Positions 1-13,321 are shown, numbered from the whole stretch's first letter. The stretch is DNA of 63,682 bases, filler included, from Octopus bimaculoides (GCF_001194135.2; 4 parts of 4 records of this genome joined end to end with filler, not necessarily neighbours in it), one strand, 5' to 3'. Program-made: numbers and translations. Notes: generated from the letters alone by a model not told the origin.

Positions 1-190
1 ACAAGCAAGAAAAAACAATAGCGCGAGGACGTGGAATAAGTACAGTGTTATTAGACGCACAGGAAAGGAAAGAAAAGAAAGAGGATTTCATGTTTCGAGC
101 GGAGCTCTTCATCAGAAATATGGAAAAAGTTCAAAGAAGGGAAGAACGGAGAAAGAAAATGGGCAACGATACACACGCGGTGTAAAGAAA
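1..190 (-). repeat. Probable Penelope-type terminal repeat fragment with a degenerate minimal hammerhead
   Basis: Reverse strand 118->86 reads UUU-CUGAUGA-A-GAGC-UCC-GCUC-GAAAC-AUG-AAA. The PLE assignment is inferred from the known association of minimal hammerheads with PLE pseudo-LTRs. Confidence 0.5.
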
Positions 191-231
191 ATATTTGTTA
201 ACATATTTTAAAGTAACTATAGTGTACATAT

Positions 232-302
232 GTGAAGGCGCATGGCTCGGTGGTTAAAGCATCAGGCTCACAATCATGAGGTAATGAGTTCGATTCCCGT
301 AC
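232..302 (+). mobile_element. tRNA-derived SINE head (family 2-like)
   Basis: A box TGGCTCGGTGG and B box GAGTTCGATTC; the start resembles the SINE at 10016; no tRNA acceptor stem closure. Confidence 0.65.
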
Positions 303-469
303 TAGTCTGATTCTGTTGAGAGGAAGGCACCAAAAAGGTGCGTATTCTCTCCTGATAGCCCCACAAAATTTGCTTGCATTCGGTATGCAGAGCTTTCAAC
401 TGATAGCACTTGCATCTGGAAGTTGTTTGAAAATATATACCGAAGAAGTAAATAATATGGTGAAATGGG

Positions 470-678
470 TGAGAGATTAAGTCTATCGCTTACAAACAGT
501 AATATTCTATCGGACAGGTTATCCGTATAGATTCCGTCCGACTAATTTCACTTAAAATTGTCCTCAGTAGGTCCGGCACTAAACTGAAGATACTTATCCA
601 AGTTTCTACATAGTGAGATTGAATCTAGAATCCTATAATCGCGAAGTGAACATTTTAACCACGGCCATGCGTGTGCCC
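470..678 (-). mobile_element. Highly degenerate SINE family 1 copy
   Basis: Loose collinearity with 53083-53247 (gaagatacttatccaag vs gaagtcacttgcccaag; ttaaccacggccatgc vs ttaccacacagccact). Confidence 0.4.
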
Positions 679-1749
679 TTCCAAACATTTTAAAAGTCAC
701 ACAAGATCCTTACCCGAAAAATATCAGATGCTTTTCAATTAACCAATGAAGGAATCGAATATTTCAACGAAATGTTTATTATAGCATCTGCAATGTGAAA
801 CACATGTACACATTGTCTCCACGTGTAGTTTGGTATTCGGTTTGTATTCACCTAATAATGATGGTTTTATTATTCCATAATTACATGGAGGCGAATAGGA
901 AATAACTATTTTAGTTCGCTCTAAATTTCAAAGAATATAAATAATGTTAATCTGTAGCCTGTAGGCTATGTCTACCTTGTTTAGCAACTGAAATAATTTA
1001 TTTCTTTGTAGATTTAAAGTGAAGAGGAATATATATTTAATTTCCTCAGATACAAATGTGTCAAACACACGCTTTTATGAAGTGTTTATCTTATACGCTC
1101 CGGGCGGGCTTTGTGATATATGATAGCGTGAGTTAAATTTAATTGTCAAGATATGAATAAATATATTATCTTTTTTTCCACCCACCACAATTAATGCAAA
1201 GTTTGGTATCGTGCTTTAATATGTTAAGACATCCGTATGTAAGAAGCTAATTGATCAGCAAAACATAACCATTTACATCGCGAAACATTATTCCACTTAA
1301 AAAAAGAATTGAGACTACAGCAGACATTGCATAACGTAAATGAATTTTATATTTAGTTAACACAACGCTTGACCAAGAAAACTGAATGGCCATCTCCGTA
1401 CCGTGAAATTATACTTAGGCAGACATTTTTGAAAATTGAAAGGGAATGTATACTTTATCATTTCAAAACAAAGTTGCATGTAATTTATCCTTCCATCCAT
1501 CTACTTTTGTTGAGATTTCAAGATGAAACTGGTAAGACCGAAACTAATATTATATGCTATTCAATCTGGCAAATAACTGTGTGGAACATAGAGGCAAAAA
1601 TAGGATGGGAAGTAGAAGGGTGAGGTTACAGAGGGGAGAGTTAGTAATTAAAAGATATTATCTAGCAGCATTAAGAACAAAACAACCTAGTAATTTCCCT
1701 TTGAATGATAATTGGTTATTGCTATAACGGTATTTATAAATGTACTGTT

Positions 1750-2250
1750 ACCATAGCATGAACCTACTCCGCCAGAATTTACATTGGTAGAACGATTGAC
1801 TTTAACTGCTTTTATCATGCACGTCTGATTTCTTTTTCAAGAATTAGTAGAAAACAGTCTACTTCCCTGACTACCTGCATCTATCATCTCGTAACTAAGG
1901 GTGTTCTCTATAGCATTTCCTAGTCCATAATAGAATTCCATTGAGGAATTCGCTACATATGAAATCCCGATCTAGTAATATATGCTGACGCGAGTCCACA
2001 GTCTATTATGTCATAATTTTTTATGTATTAAACGTACTAATTAAACCTTCCTTTCTACTCTACAATGAAATATAATACACCCTCCTCAATAAGTTTATTC
2101 CTGCATTGCTAAATTAGCCACACTTTAAGTTTTCTCGTCTCTTTCCTCTCATCCCTCTCTTAATAACGCACCTTACATCCTATACTCCGTTATGGTTTTT
2201 TTTTTTGCAATTTCTCTTTTAATTTCCTACCTCCAAAGTTACTCTCGTGG
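1750..2250 (-). mobile_element. Possible RTE-like LINE 3' relic
   Basis: The reverse strand gives degenerate stretches resembling the RTE C-terminal G-K-R-x-R-G-x-P-x-x-x-W region; read by eye only. Confidence 0.25.
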
Positions 2251-4419
2251 CGAGTTGTAACATTCATAGCAGGAAAGCAACAATCAAAATATACTGAACC
2301 TACAGTCATTGGTGTGGATGGCTTGTAGACGTTCACGTTTTGGCGCATTTCCGTTCGTTCGTGGTAATTCAGTGGTGGACTTAAATTGTATTAGGTAGCT
2401 GTTGATTGTTCTGAGCTCATCCTCCTTCTTCATTGTTTCGTTTTATCCCGCAGTGTCTCTAAAAACATTCGTTTTTACCAAGAAATCTTGTAAAACAGTT
2501 TGATCGACAATCGTACAGTCATGCCTAGGTTGTTCTTTCATGATAATCAGTAGGGTATCTCTGGGTATCACATTTCTCTTCTGACACGTTCTAATATATA
2601 AACCAGATAAAAGCTGGAGGATATATGATTGACTAAATTCTTTCAAGGATGTGCACTGGCGTAGCCTCATGTATAAGACTGAAACGATTAAAATATAGAA
2701 AAAAAAATGTAAAAAATGTGAGTGGTTGAGAAATATAATCATGTATAAGCTAATTACATACTCATACATATGAAATGTCCATATTTATTTAAAGAAGGAC
2801 TTCAAATTTTACTAAATGTAAAATCTCGTATACAGGTAAGATAAAATTATTAACTTGTAAATACTTTTGATATTAGTAATTTATGGTAAAATGGTTGAAA
2901 TGACACCGTGCAAAAACAAACTCTTTTTTAAGATATTTTTTTTGTTTTGTTAAAATAGTAAGATGTGGTGGGACAGTGTTTAACATCTTTCCAAATTATG
3001 GATTAACATGTTTTACGTTAATGAACTAAGATGTTGTACATGTAGTTAGGCAGTGTGCCTGACCTTTTCAAGTCCTCCGAAATTGGTCAGACTGATGCTT
3101 TTAACGTCCACCGTAAGCAGTTTTAGGATAGCGGATGCAAGAAAAATATGAATTTAGGAGTGTTACATTTCCAAGGAAGTGAAAAGAAACTGTATACATT
3201 AGCTTCTAGTTGAAGGCTATCATTGATTTCATCTTTTCTAGTTAATTCAATAAATTTCATTTGGATGTAGTCTCAGGTGTTAATGTAACTAGAAGCAGCA
3301 CCGCTCCTTGTGTGTTAGCAAATCATCTATGAAGTTCTTGAGTTTGTTGAGAGTTAGCTACTGGAAGGAGTTGGAATATGCTTTGACTTTAAAAAGAAAC
3401 TGTTGTCGTTGTGTTGCAAAGTTAACTGTTGTTGTTTATCCTCAAGGGTACCCTTGGTCGATAATACATTGAAGTTGTGGCCATGTCGTGTTTATCCTAT
3501 TTGTACCACTTTATCAAATTTGTAATTTTCTAAGATTCTCCCTCGTTGGATCATGTGAGATCAGAGATTATAAACGCTTCAGACTGTATCAATACCGCAT
3601 CCTTGAGATTGAGGTACAAAGTAAGGCTTAGAAAAATGTAAAATTTAATAGAAATTATAGACTCGATCAACTTACAAATATTTCCGGGAGATCATTGTTG
3701 TTGAAATTGGAAACTGCGTGCTATTGACAAAGGTATGTTTGAATTCTATATCGATCCACATAACACATTTGAATTATTTAGCGCACATATCTTCATGGTT
3801 AGGGTCAGACTCATGAAATGTCTCTGATAATTTAGACAAATTCTAGATACTATATGTGTATGTGTGTGTGTGTGTAAAACAGTTAAATATTGTATAGCTA
3901 TACATTGCTCTTTTACTATTAAACACAGCCATATTAAATACTACCTAATTTGAAATGTATAATCGTTATAAGATTTTTCGCTAGAAATTAAATCAAATAC
4001 TTACACTGACACATCATCAAATAAATTCGATGTACATTTCATCAAAACAAGTCAAATCTGTTTACCGATCTAGATTTTTAAAACTTTAAATGAGACTCAT
4101 ACATCTTGAATTAAGCTTCACTACTGGTCTGAATACTAACAAGATTACTGATCGCACGGAAGTAAGTGATTGCATTCATATCTAATATCAGATAATTACA
4201 CTCTAGTAGTGTTATATAAGGGCTGTAAATTTCTATATCATCAAATCACCACATAACAATTTCTTTATTTTCAGTGCTTATATTTAAGAAACCTAGGATC
4301 AAATAGGGAAATGTCTCATTTACTCAGATGCTGTTGCTATTAGATCCCAATTTAAAATCGTTTATGTAATGCCTTTTCATATGTCAAGAGTTTACAGACT
4401 TACTTAAAAACCAATGAGA

Positions 4420-4597
4420 ACAATATGACTGCGGCCATCCTGAAGCACCACCTTTAACCGAACAAATTGACCCCAGGATTTATTCTTTGTAAGCTTAGTA
4501 CTTATTCTATCGGTGTCTTTCGATAACGTAAACACACCAAAATCGGTTGTCAAGCGATGGTGGGGGTAGAAAAACATACAAACACACATACACACAC
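4420..4597 (-). mobile_element. SINE family 1, 3' half
   Basis: tgactgcggccatc...gtacttattctatc...cggttgtcaagcgatgg followed by (CA)n; matches 43260-43470 and 54241-54430. Confidence 0.75.
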
Positions 4598-6003
4598 ACT
4601 AGCAGAGGCACCCGGCGTTGCTCGGAATTGAAATTGTTGCTTATATACTTGAAGAAAAAAAGGCAAAATATGCTGTATAGAAATTTGAGGACATTCTGTA
4701 GATGGACTCTCAGATGAATGATGACTGTGCGCCTCTCATGAATGGGGAAANNNNNNNNNNNNNNNNNNNNNNNNNNNNNNNNNNNNNNNNNNNNNNNNNN
4801 NNNNNNNNNNNNNNNNNNNNNNNNNNNNNNNNNNNNNNNNNNNNNNNNNNNNNNNNNNNNNNNNNNNNNNNNNNNNNNNNNNNNNNNNNNNNNNNNNNNN
4901 NNNNNNNNNNNNNNNNNNNNNNNNNNNNNNNNNNNNNNNNNNNNNNNNNNNNNNNNNNNNNNNNNNNNNNNNNNNNNNNNNNNNNNNNNNNNNNNNNNNN
5001 NNNNNNNNNNNNNNNNNNNNNNNNNNNNNNNNNNNNNNNNNNNNNNCCGTTGTTACGTCAACACCGGAAGTTGACATTGAGGAACCTTTTTAAAGAAGTG
5101 AATCTTAAATATAAAGCAATATTATTTATTTTTAATTAAAAAAATCAAATGAAGAGCCTAACATTTATCCGAGGTCAAATTATTCATGCATCACAAGTAT
5201 GGAAGCATTTGGTGAAGTCGATTTCACGTGAAAAGCGATTACACACACATCTCTGTTTTATATATAGATATAGATATACGACAGTCTTCTTTCAGTTTCC
5301 GTGTACGAAATTCACTCACAGGCTTTGGTTGGCCTGAGGCTATAGTATATATATTTTGTATATATATATAAGTCCTGGGGTCGATTTATATTTATATATA
5401 CTAGATACTATATGTGCGTGTGTGTGTGTGTGTGTACAGTATGTATGTAAAGCAGTTAAATATTATCACGTACCTACTTTGTCCCTGTTCTGATTACAGA
5501 TAGGCAGACAGAAATACAAAAAATTTCATATATATAGAATAGGCACATGTATTAAATGTTAATTTAAGGATTAGTATTTTAACTGTAAACACCTTGCAAC
5601 GCTGTAACTGCTACGATAATTATTAACTGGTAATTGAATGGTAAAGGTGTAAAATAGATTATCTTAGTGTTTTTACATTAGAATTAAAAGTGAAACAATA
5701 TTATAGTTACAAATAAAAGTGAAAGAATAAAAGTGGAACAATATCATATCACTTTACAATATAGATGTATTGTTTCACTTTTGACATGTAATACAGAACC
5801 AGTCTAAAAGATTGCTCTGAGGCCGCATTAGGCAAGAAGTTGAAATTTTTTCGCCCATGATTTCTTGGCCCATGACACTCTATGGTCCCTAAGTAATGTG
5901 TGCGTAAAATTTGAATGAAATCGGTTGGGTTGTTCTCGAGTTTTACGACTTCACACATACAGAAGAAATACAGACACACATTCTCAGTTTTATATGTATA
6001 GAT
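4598..6003 (+). mobile_element. Non-autonomous Helentron/HINE (DINE-1-like) element with nested insertions and a gap
   Basis: 5' actagcagaggcacccggcgttgctcgg; 3' aaatttgaatgaaatcggttgggttgttctcgagtttt...cagacacacattctcagttttatatgtatagat. The end motifs are recognised as HINE-like; unity of the two ends across the gap is inferred. Confidence 0.45.
5283..5346 (-). mobile_element. SINE family 1 fragment
   Basis: cttctttcagtttccgt...cactcacaggctttggttggcctgaggctatagta matches 53090-53155. Confidence 0.75.
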
Positions 6004-6689
6004 TTACGACAACCCCACTAAGTTTACCATCATATGTTTGTAACAACTGTTTTTACTGAGAAGTGCTAGTGCCAGTTAACTACCTATAAAATGACAACCA
6101 ATAATTTTAGGAGAGTTGCTAAATGTTATAGTAGAAGGTTTACTGCAGGTAACTGCCATTCCAAATGAATATATATGCATTCATTCTTGTAATCTACGTT
6201 TATTGCATAGCATTTGTTGTAGTTCTTTGGTAAACTAGTTCGAAATAATTTACACAAGATTGTAGTTATGTGCGAATTAATAAGATAATGTGATTATAAC
6301 GGGGGAAAATAGTGAAATAATAGAGTAGAACCATAAACACTTGTTCTCGATTTAATATGTCTGAGTCCAAATTTTAACAGGATAAACTTTGAAGTCCGTA
6401 TCTATGATATCATATCAATTAAACAAATAATAGTATAAGGCACATTCAATCATGGAACAGAATCGTAGATGAAAATTATTCGAGCAGCAGGCATAAGTAG
6501 AGTACTTTAGTGGTTATCGATCGATCTAATAGTACTAATTTAACCATTTTCCCGTTTTGACTGTAGTGTGAAATATTTGGTTATTAAAGTTTCATGAAGT
6601 AGAATCCTACTGCAAATGTTTTATCATCAACTTTAGTATAAGAATATTAAAATACTTAAAATAATCTCACAAAGCTACACGAGCAAGAA

Positions 6690-9600
6690 TGATATCAGGA
6701 ACGTGTGTATAGACAGTGTTGTTTAGGCCTATATTAAAATTGATTGTGCAGACCTATAATTTACAGAATTTCAACTGTGGATTTGTAAGATTACATTAAC
6801 AAAAGTCTTTCATTTCTAAAAAGATGACGCCTGACTCGAGAGAAACTGTTAAGATAATTTCTCTAACTCTTTTAGCGACACATTATAATCTGTTGTGACT
6901 GATTTATCTATTAAGAAGCAATTCTTATCCTGGTGGTCGTTGATAAAACATTGTTTGGTTGTTTATCTTTGATCACTGGTACATGCCAGAATATGATTGT
7001 TATGCTATTCTCCGAGTAGTGTTCTACTATATACCTAAACCATCTCTTTTCTGTTGGCATTTCATAGTGATGTCATAACTACCACTGTATATAAGTCCCA
7101 ATAACATCATGTCAGTGAATGTATTCTTTGTTAGCTTCTAGGCCTGGCCAACTCGAATTACATGGTGGGCCACTTTAATCAGAGAATGATTTTTGAGGGC
7201 CGCTTCTATACATTAATAATCAAATAATCAAATTACAGAATCAAGAATTTTTTCATACTTTTCGTTTGTTTAAAATTATAAAATTGTTGACTATTGCTTT
7301 ATTTTGAAACAAATGTTTTACACAAACAATTTTATTTTGAAATTAAACACAATACTTCAAGAAAGTATCAAGCGGGCCACAAGATAAAAGTTTGGTCCAT
7401 TATTTTTTTCTCCATCTCCACATTTCTACATATATTTTACTTCATTATACACATTTGGCAGTTTCTGAAGAGGTGGGTTTTGTCCTTTGTTGTAAAAATC
7501 CGTCAGTCACTGCTTCGAGTTCTGCAGTTCTCAGCTAATATTGGGATTTTTCCTTGTGAGAGGCCACCGAGTGCAACACTGTCTAGCATCGGGCAAGTAC
7601 AGAGTTCTCTTCCTATCGTTTATAATGGCATTTTGTAGTCCTAATTTTAACTTTGATTTTAGCTGTTTAAGATTTCTTTTATTTCTCCGTTTTATTCATA
7701 GCTATTGCAGCTTCTACTTTCCTTGAAAACAGAAAATAAGACATTTTTTTGTGTGTTTCCTTCATACATTCTAGATATTCATATGAATCTTTCATGATCC
7801 TTCACTAGTTGTTTTTGTCGTTTTGCAGTAGATATTATGTAGCAATTTTCTTGTTGTATAAGGCTTTATTGACTTGCATCTGAGAATTTTGATTTTTGAG
7901 TGTCAGATTTTGCTTTGTCATTATTTTTCTTGTTTTCCTGTCTAGCTTAATTACTTCGTTTAGCCTCCAATTGAGAATATCATTAAAACTGTTACTTATT
8001 AATGGAACAACTAGATATTGATGGGCATTATCTTATTATTATTTTTTGCCTTTGGATCAGTTTTATGTATTAACCTAACACGTTTGTAATATTCCTTTCT
8101 AATATTGTTCTTTCATTTGTCTGAGTAGAACACTATCTCATTTATCGATTCGGAAGTATCTGTGTGTCTGTTTTGGGTCTAATTCTCTTGTCAGTTTCAT
8201 TAGCATGATGTTATTTTTAAGTTTTCTTTCTTCAGGGACACTTCGGTGGATTTCATTTTTCTCTTTGGTAAATTTGTGCACAGTCTGGTGTAGTGTCTCC
8301 AATTGTTTATCATCTTCATATTATAAGCTAAGATCATCCCTATACAAAAGATAGTTAGCGCTAGACGAAAATGTAGCGGAGAGAAGCTCCTTTGGAATAT
8401 TTCTCATCTAATGGATATAAGTTTAGTTTATACAATTCCTTCTTTTCTCCATAACTAGTTGCTATTTAGTGATGACAATTTCATATAACTTCTTATTGTT
8501 GTCACTTTATTCAGGACTAATAAGATCTATGTCTGAGGAATACTATCAATAGCCTTCCGGTAGTCAATTCATACCATGCTGAGATCTTTCTTTTTTCTTC
8601 GACAGTCTTCCGTTATAGCTTTACTGACCAGTAATTGATCTTTACTACCATATAAGGTTTTGCAGCATCCCTTCTGATGTTCTGGAAATAAAGCTGATTT
8701 ATTCTAAATGCTTGTTCACACTTTGCGATATTATTTAAGTAACAACTTTGCAGAAATACAGCTTATAATTCTGTAGTTTTTCAGAATTAGCAGGTCCAGT
8801 AGATCTGTGAATTGTAATGACTTTCTCTTCTGTGAAGCATTTTGTAAGTCTCTGGGTTCGTCAGCATCTTATTTAACGTCTTTCGTAGACAACTATATGT
8901 TCATTTTTAATATTTAATATTTTGAAAAGAAAGTGGGATCATGTGATGTCCCAATTCCTCTCAGTGTGTCGTTTTTGCACAATGAGGGTTAATTCTGCTG
9001 TTATGGATGTTCATGTAGTTCCGATGTAATGTTTTCATGGGTGATTCCTTTGCTGCCCACACCCCTCCTCCAATTTGTTTTTACTGTTGATATTGCCATG
9101 AATTCTATTACCTTATTAACTAGTTCTTGATAGATTCGATTTGGGGTGAGTCAAAATGTTTAATTTGTTCAAATTACCGTCAGTATTTTTTATACCAACG
9201 CATTCTTTAGCTAGGATTTGATGTTCACTGATTTCAGCTGCAAGTTTTTGCTATATTTCTGCAGTATTTGCATCTCTCTTTCCTACTTTTTAATTGTGGT
9301 TCTACGTGGTTGATTTCATTTATGGTTGAGACAGATTCTTTCGTTATTTTCCGGATAATAATTTCCCACGTCTTTTGCTTGGGTTCCTTGCTCCTGTATG
9401 AGTGGTGTTGGAGAAATGTCTACTGTACACTGTGATCATCATAAAGGCTGCATATAACGTTTCATGAAACCTAGGAGTATTGATATTTGTAACTGTTTTA
9501 ATTTAAGCAAAGTTTGTTTATTGCTGTCGTTGCTGTTTCATTCTAGTATCTGGTTCCATTCCCCACCGCGCTCTCCATTGCTGCTATTAATTCTTTAATT

Positions 9601-9960
9601 GTACTTGTTTAAAGAATTCGAGTCATGCTTTTCACCTCTAAAAAGGCCTATTTTAAAATATTCCCATTTCGCCTTTTTATTTATGTTTGATTTGCGTATG
9701 TCAGCTGTGTGTTTTGCATTTTGCAGTGCTAGAGTTAGGGTTTATCTTGTTTTCTTAATTATATTACTAATTATTTGTGTTAAACGTATTAGTTCTATTT
9801 TAGTGGTGTACATTCTTAATTCTTTTATCATTGTTGGATGTTTTGAGATATTTACTTGATTTTTAATTTTCTGGAACACTTTTCATTTTCGGGATATATC
9901 TTCTAAGATTAGATTTTTGGGGTTCAGCAATACCTCTAAATCTAGGCTACTATCCCTCCA
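6690..9960 (-). mobile_element. Near full-length degenerate RLE-clade (R4/NeSL-like) non-LTR retrotransposon
   Basis: Hand translation of the reverse strand gives, in order and with many stops and frameshifts: HQKGC..YG.KDQLL..KAI.EDCR, DYRKA.DS.P, IFQRSFSPLHF.LAL, YRDDL, LRTAELEAVTDGF, and an RLE-like LLIDKSV..D.NVSLKELEKL. Confidence 0.75.
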
Positions 9961-10015
9961 AATATATATGAATATAATGTAATTTCGTTTTGTGTGTAGA
10001 ATATCGCTGTAGAAT

Positions 10016-10404
10016 GTGGAGGCGCAATGGCCCAGTGGTTAGAGTAGCGGACTCGTGGTCATAGGATCGTGGTTTCGATTCCCAGACCGGGCGTTGTGAG
10101 TGTTTATTGAGCGAAAACACCTAAAGCTCCACGAGGCTCCAGCAGGGGATGGTGGCGAACCGTGCTGTACTCTTTCACCACAACTTTCTCTCACTCTTTC
10201 TTACTGTTTCTGTTGTACCTGTATTTCAAAGGGTCAGCCTTGTCACACTGTGTCACGCTGAATAACCCCGAGAACTACGTTAAGGGTACACGTGTCTGTG
10301 GAGTGCTCAGCCACTTGCACGTTAATTTCATGAGGAGGCTGTTCCATTGATCGGATCAACTGGAACTATCGACGTCGTAAGCGACGGAGTGCCAACAACA
10401 ACAA
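10016..10404 (+). mobile_element. Complete tRNA-derived SINE (family 2) with 13-bp TSD
   Basis: A box TGGCCCAGTGG, B box GGTTTCGATTC, (AAC)n tail; identical flanks ATCGCTGTAGAAT at 10003-10015 and 10405-10417. Confidence 0.92.
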
Positions 10405-10892
10405 ATCGCTGTAGAATATGTATGAGAAAGAGAAACATTCATTTCGCGTTCATTTGCGCCTTTTGTGTTATTTACAAGCCTGTAGAAGCCACCGTTTTAG
10501 TTAACTTCTGACCATTTTCATCATTTATAGGTTTATTTGTCTCTGCTGATGTTAACGTTTCCACCTGTGAGATTTTGTGCATTTTGTGAAGCGCGCACGC
10601 AAAATACTCGTTTCACAATAAAAACAAAAGATGCTGTTTTTATTTTAATCCTTTGGCATTTTTGGGATTTGATGCTCTGGTATTGGTATGGACAGTGTTC
10701 GACGGTCGTGTTCACACGTGATGTGAGAATGTTGAATATTGTAAACATCTGTTATGTGATAAATACCAATAAATTTTATTGAGCATTACTTGTGTAGTTG
10801 TCTTTCAGCATTTTCTGGGTGTTTTTCATGTTTGTCACTCGATGTTGTTCGATGTATTTCGGAGAAGATGTAGCGCTCACGGTAATATACAT

Positions 10893-10913
10893 CTTCTTCT
10901 TCTTCTTCTTCTT

Positions 10914-10944
<31 letters not shown>

Positions 10945-10954
10945 GCATTGTTTC

Positions 10955-10992
<38 letters not shown>

Positions 10993-11006
10993 TAATAATA
11001 ATAATA
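10893..11006. repeat. (CTT)n and (AAT)n microsatellites
   Basis: Read directly; they produce the poly-L, poly-I and poly-R pseudo-ORFs. Confidence 0.95.
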
Positions 11007-11699
11007 AGAGAACTCAGAGAGTGCAAAGCTCTGCTAAGGCAACACAAACGACCTCTCAACGATGATTTTTAATAAACTTGACTGCTGTCACAAACGAGAA
11101 TACTAAAAATGAAACTGACCGCTCTCAAAAATTAAGTAAAAAAACAAAAAAAACCCCCCCAAAAAACGAAGAATATTCCAGAGTTCTTGTCCAGTATCTA
11201 ATCGATCCCAATGGTAGTCATGGAATGTGAAGGTAGCCGTAGAAAATTTAGTAACAGTAATAAATAGTTTATCCTTATCTAATACAAGCCAAAATTAACA
11301 AATTCACCATTCAAAATGGTTTCAAAGGTGGAGCTAATAATAAGCTCTACTCAGGTATTTTTAAATGAATAACATAAAACCTTTTGGTTTTCTCTTCTCT
11401 TAAATTCCAGCCTTCCTTTAGTATTCCGGTTGTTTTATATCGATGTATAGATGTATGTATATATGTTAGTATACTGTAAAGTGTTAATATGTGTGTATGA
11501 TATAATATATATATATATTATAAAACATGTTAATATTATTTCATTTCTGAAAGGTTTTGCTGCCGTTTGTCTATGTAGTTTGATTTCTTTATCCATCAGT
11601 TTCTACTAAGATAGATACACGAGGAAAAAATAATAATAGCGAAGCGAAAATAAAACTTTGGAAACAGCCTGAAAGTCGATGTAAGATCGTAATCATGTA

Positions 11700-11906
11700 A
11701 AGTAAATATAACGAATAATCCCGAATCCATGTCTGGTTCCGGGTCGATCCCAAAATATAATCAGTTCGTGCCAGTCGCGAGGCCAAACATCACTGAAAAT
11801 TTCATCTGAATCCACCCGGCGGTTCTTGAGATATCTTGTCCATGGACAAACAAACAAACAAAAAAAACACGACTGAAAACAATACCTCCACCTTATCGAA
11901 GGTGGA

Positions 11907-11912
<6 letters not shown>
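11700..11912 (+). mobile_element. HINE/Helentron-like 3' end with terminal palindrome
   Basis: aaaatttcatctgaatcc...gagatatcttgtccatggacaaacaaacaaac...gaaaacaatacctcc, then a perfect 12-bp stem TACCTCCACCTT-ATCG-AAGGTGGAGGTA (11883-11910). Confidence 0.55.
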
Positions 11913-11968
<56 letters not shown>

Positions 11969-12190
11969 TAATAATAAACCTTTCTACTATAGACAAAAGG
12001 CTTGAAATTTGGGGAAGGTGAATAATTGATTACATCGACTTCACTACTCGACTGGTACTTAATTTATCGACCCCGAGAGAATGAATGACAAAGCTGACCT
12101 TAGTGGAATCTGAACACAAAACGTAGTGACAGGCAAAATACCGCTAAACATTTCGTCCAGCGTGCTAACAATTCTGTCAGATCGCCACAT
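11910..12190 (-). mobile_element. SINE family 3 with (ATT)n tail
   Basis: Collinear with 60051-60254 and with the reverse complement of 54651-54866; tail repeat 11910-11977. Confidence 0.8.
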
Positions 12191-12659
12191 AGCACCAGGA
12201 ACGTTTAACATATGTGAGCAATAAAACTCTGCTCCGAAATATATCCTAAAATATAGGGAATAAAGACCACAAATGGAGCCTAAAATATATGACAAAGCGT
12301 TCAACTATATCCGAGTAATACTCATAAAAATTTATTTCTATTTTCCGAATGACACGAGGCATTTTAAGCGTGTGTCACCTCTGTCACTCACACAGCATTT
12401 GTAAACACGCTCGTCCCACTGACAAAACGTTGGACTACACCCGAGTAAGTAATACTCGTTAAAAGTGTTGGACTATATCCGAGTAAGTGCATATTAGACT
12501 ATATCCGATTAAGTACACATCACAAACACGTAAGTACGTAAACTAATTAATTACGTATGCACCCTAGTTTTACATGAAACTAGCGCCCACACACACACAT
12601 AAGCGAATCGAATAAAGACAAACGACGAAAACTACTAATTATTGATCACAAAAGCATTA

Positions 12660-12703
<44 letters not shown>

Positions 12704-13090
12704 GCACGGAAAAATAGGGGTAGATATTAGTTTTTTGTTTGTTTCTTTGTCTCGTTTCACTACATTTATTTGTTTATAATTATAGAATCGTGATCTATCA
12801 AATTGTCTACACTAATAGACAAGACCTCTAGCCTAGTATTAACACGAAAGTGTTAATGGCAATTAGCCAAAACGCATGTCGAATCAGAGGAAATATTAAG
12901 AATGAAAAATAGTAACAAATGAAAATAATATCACTGATGACAATAATAATGATGAAAGGAAGCGGTTGAAATCTCCCCATGTCATTATTGATGATACATC
13001 TAGTGATGGCGTCAATATAAAAACACTGGTAATTGTGCAACCTGATAATCTCTACCTTATATCAGTCTCAATGAAAACGAACAAAATATT

Positions 13091-13321
13091 GTGAAGAACG
13101 GTAAGAATGAAACTGAAGCCCTTGATGGTGACAGTGCTGCTCCCGGCAGGCTCAGAGATACTGGTCCGACTCCAGCCTGTCGTTATCCAGCAATAGACCA
13201 GCACACACAAAGTAGATGGAACAAACAAGTCAATGCTGTGGTCATGGAGTGTTACTACCCGAGCATCCCTGTAGAGGAAAATTGTGCTCATATTAGGGGG
13301 AAACCGACAACATATGTATGA
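13091..13321 (+). pseudogene. N-terminal fragment of an RLE-clade LINE ORF
   Basis: SRWNKQVNAVVMECYYPSIP resembles the R-x-K-W...N..VMECYY N-terminal motif of R4/NeSL-like ORFs; recognised by eye. Confidence 0.5.

Noticed and set aside
2950-3260. Possible Tc1 5' relic
   Set aside because: Only vague resemblance; no TIR pair or catalytic motif could be identified.
10420-10890. Non-repetitive-looking stretch as a miRNA or conserved element
   Set aside because: No clear long hairpin or recognisable mature miRNA could be found by eye.
12298-12515. CRISPR-like spaced repeats
   Set aside because: Eukaryotic context, only four degenerate copies, very unequal spacers and no cas genes.
12930-12975. 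CTGATGA...GAAA hammerhead candidate (similar case at 46740-46780)
   Set aside because: No 10.1-11.1 closing pair or stem II; chance matches in AT-rich DNA.
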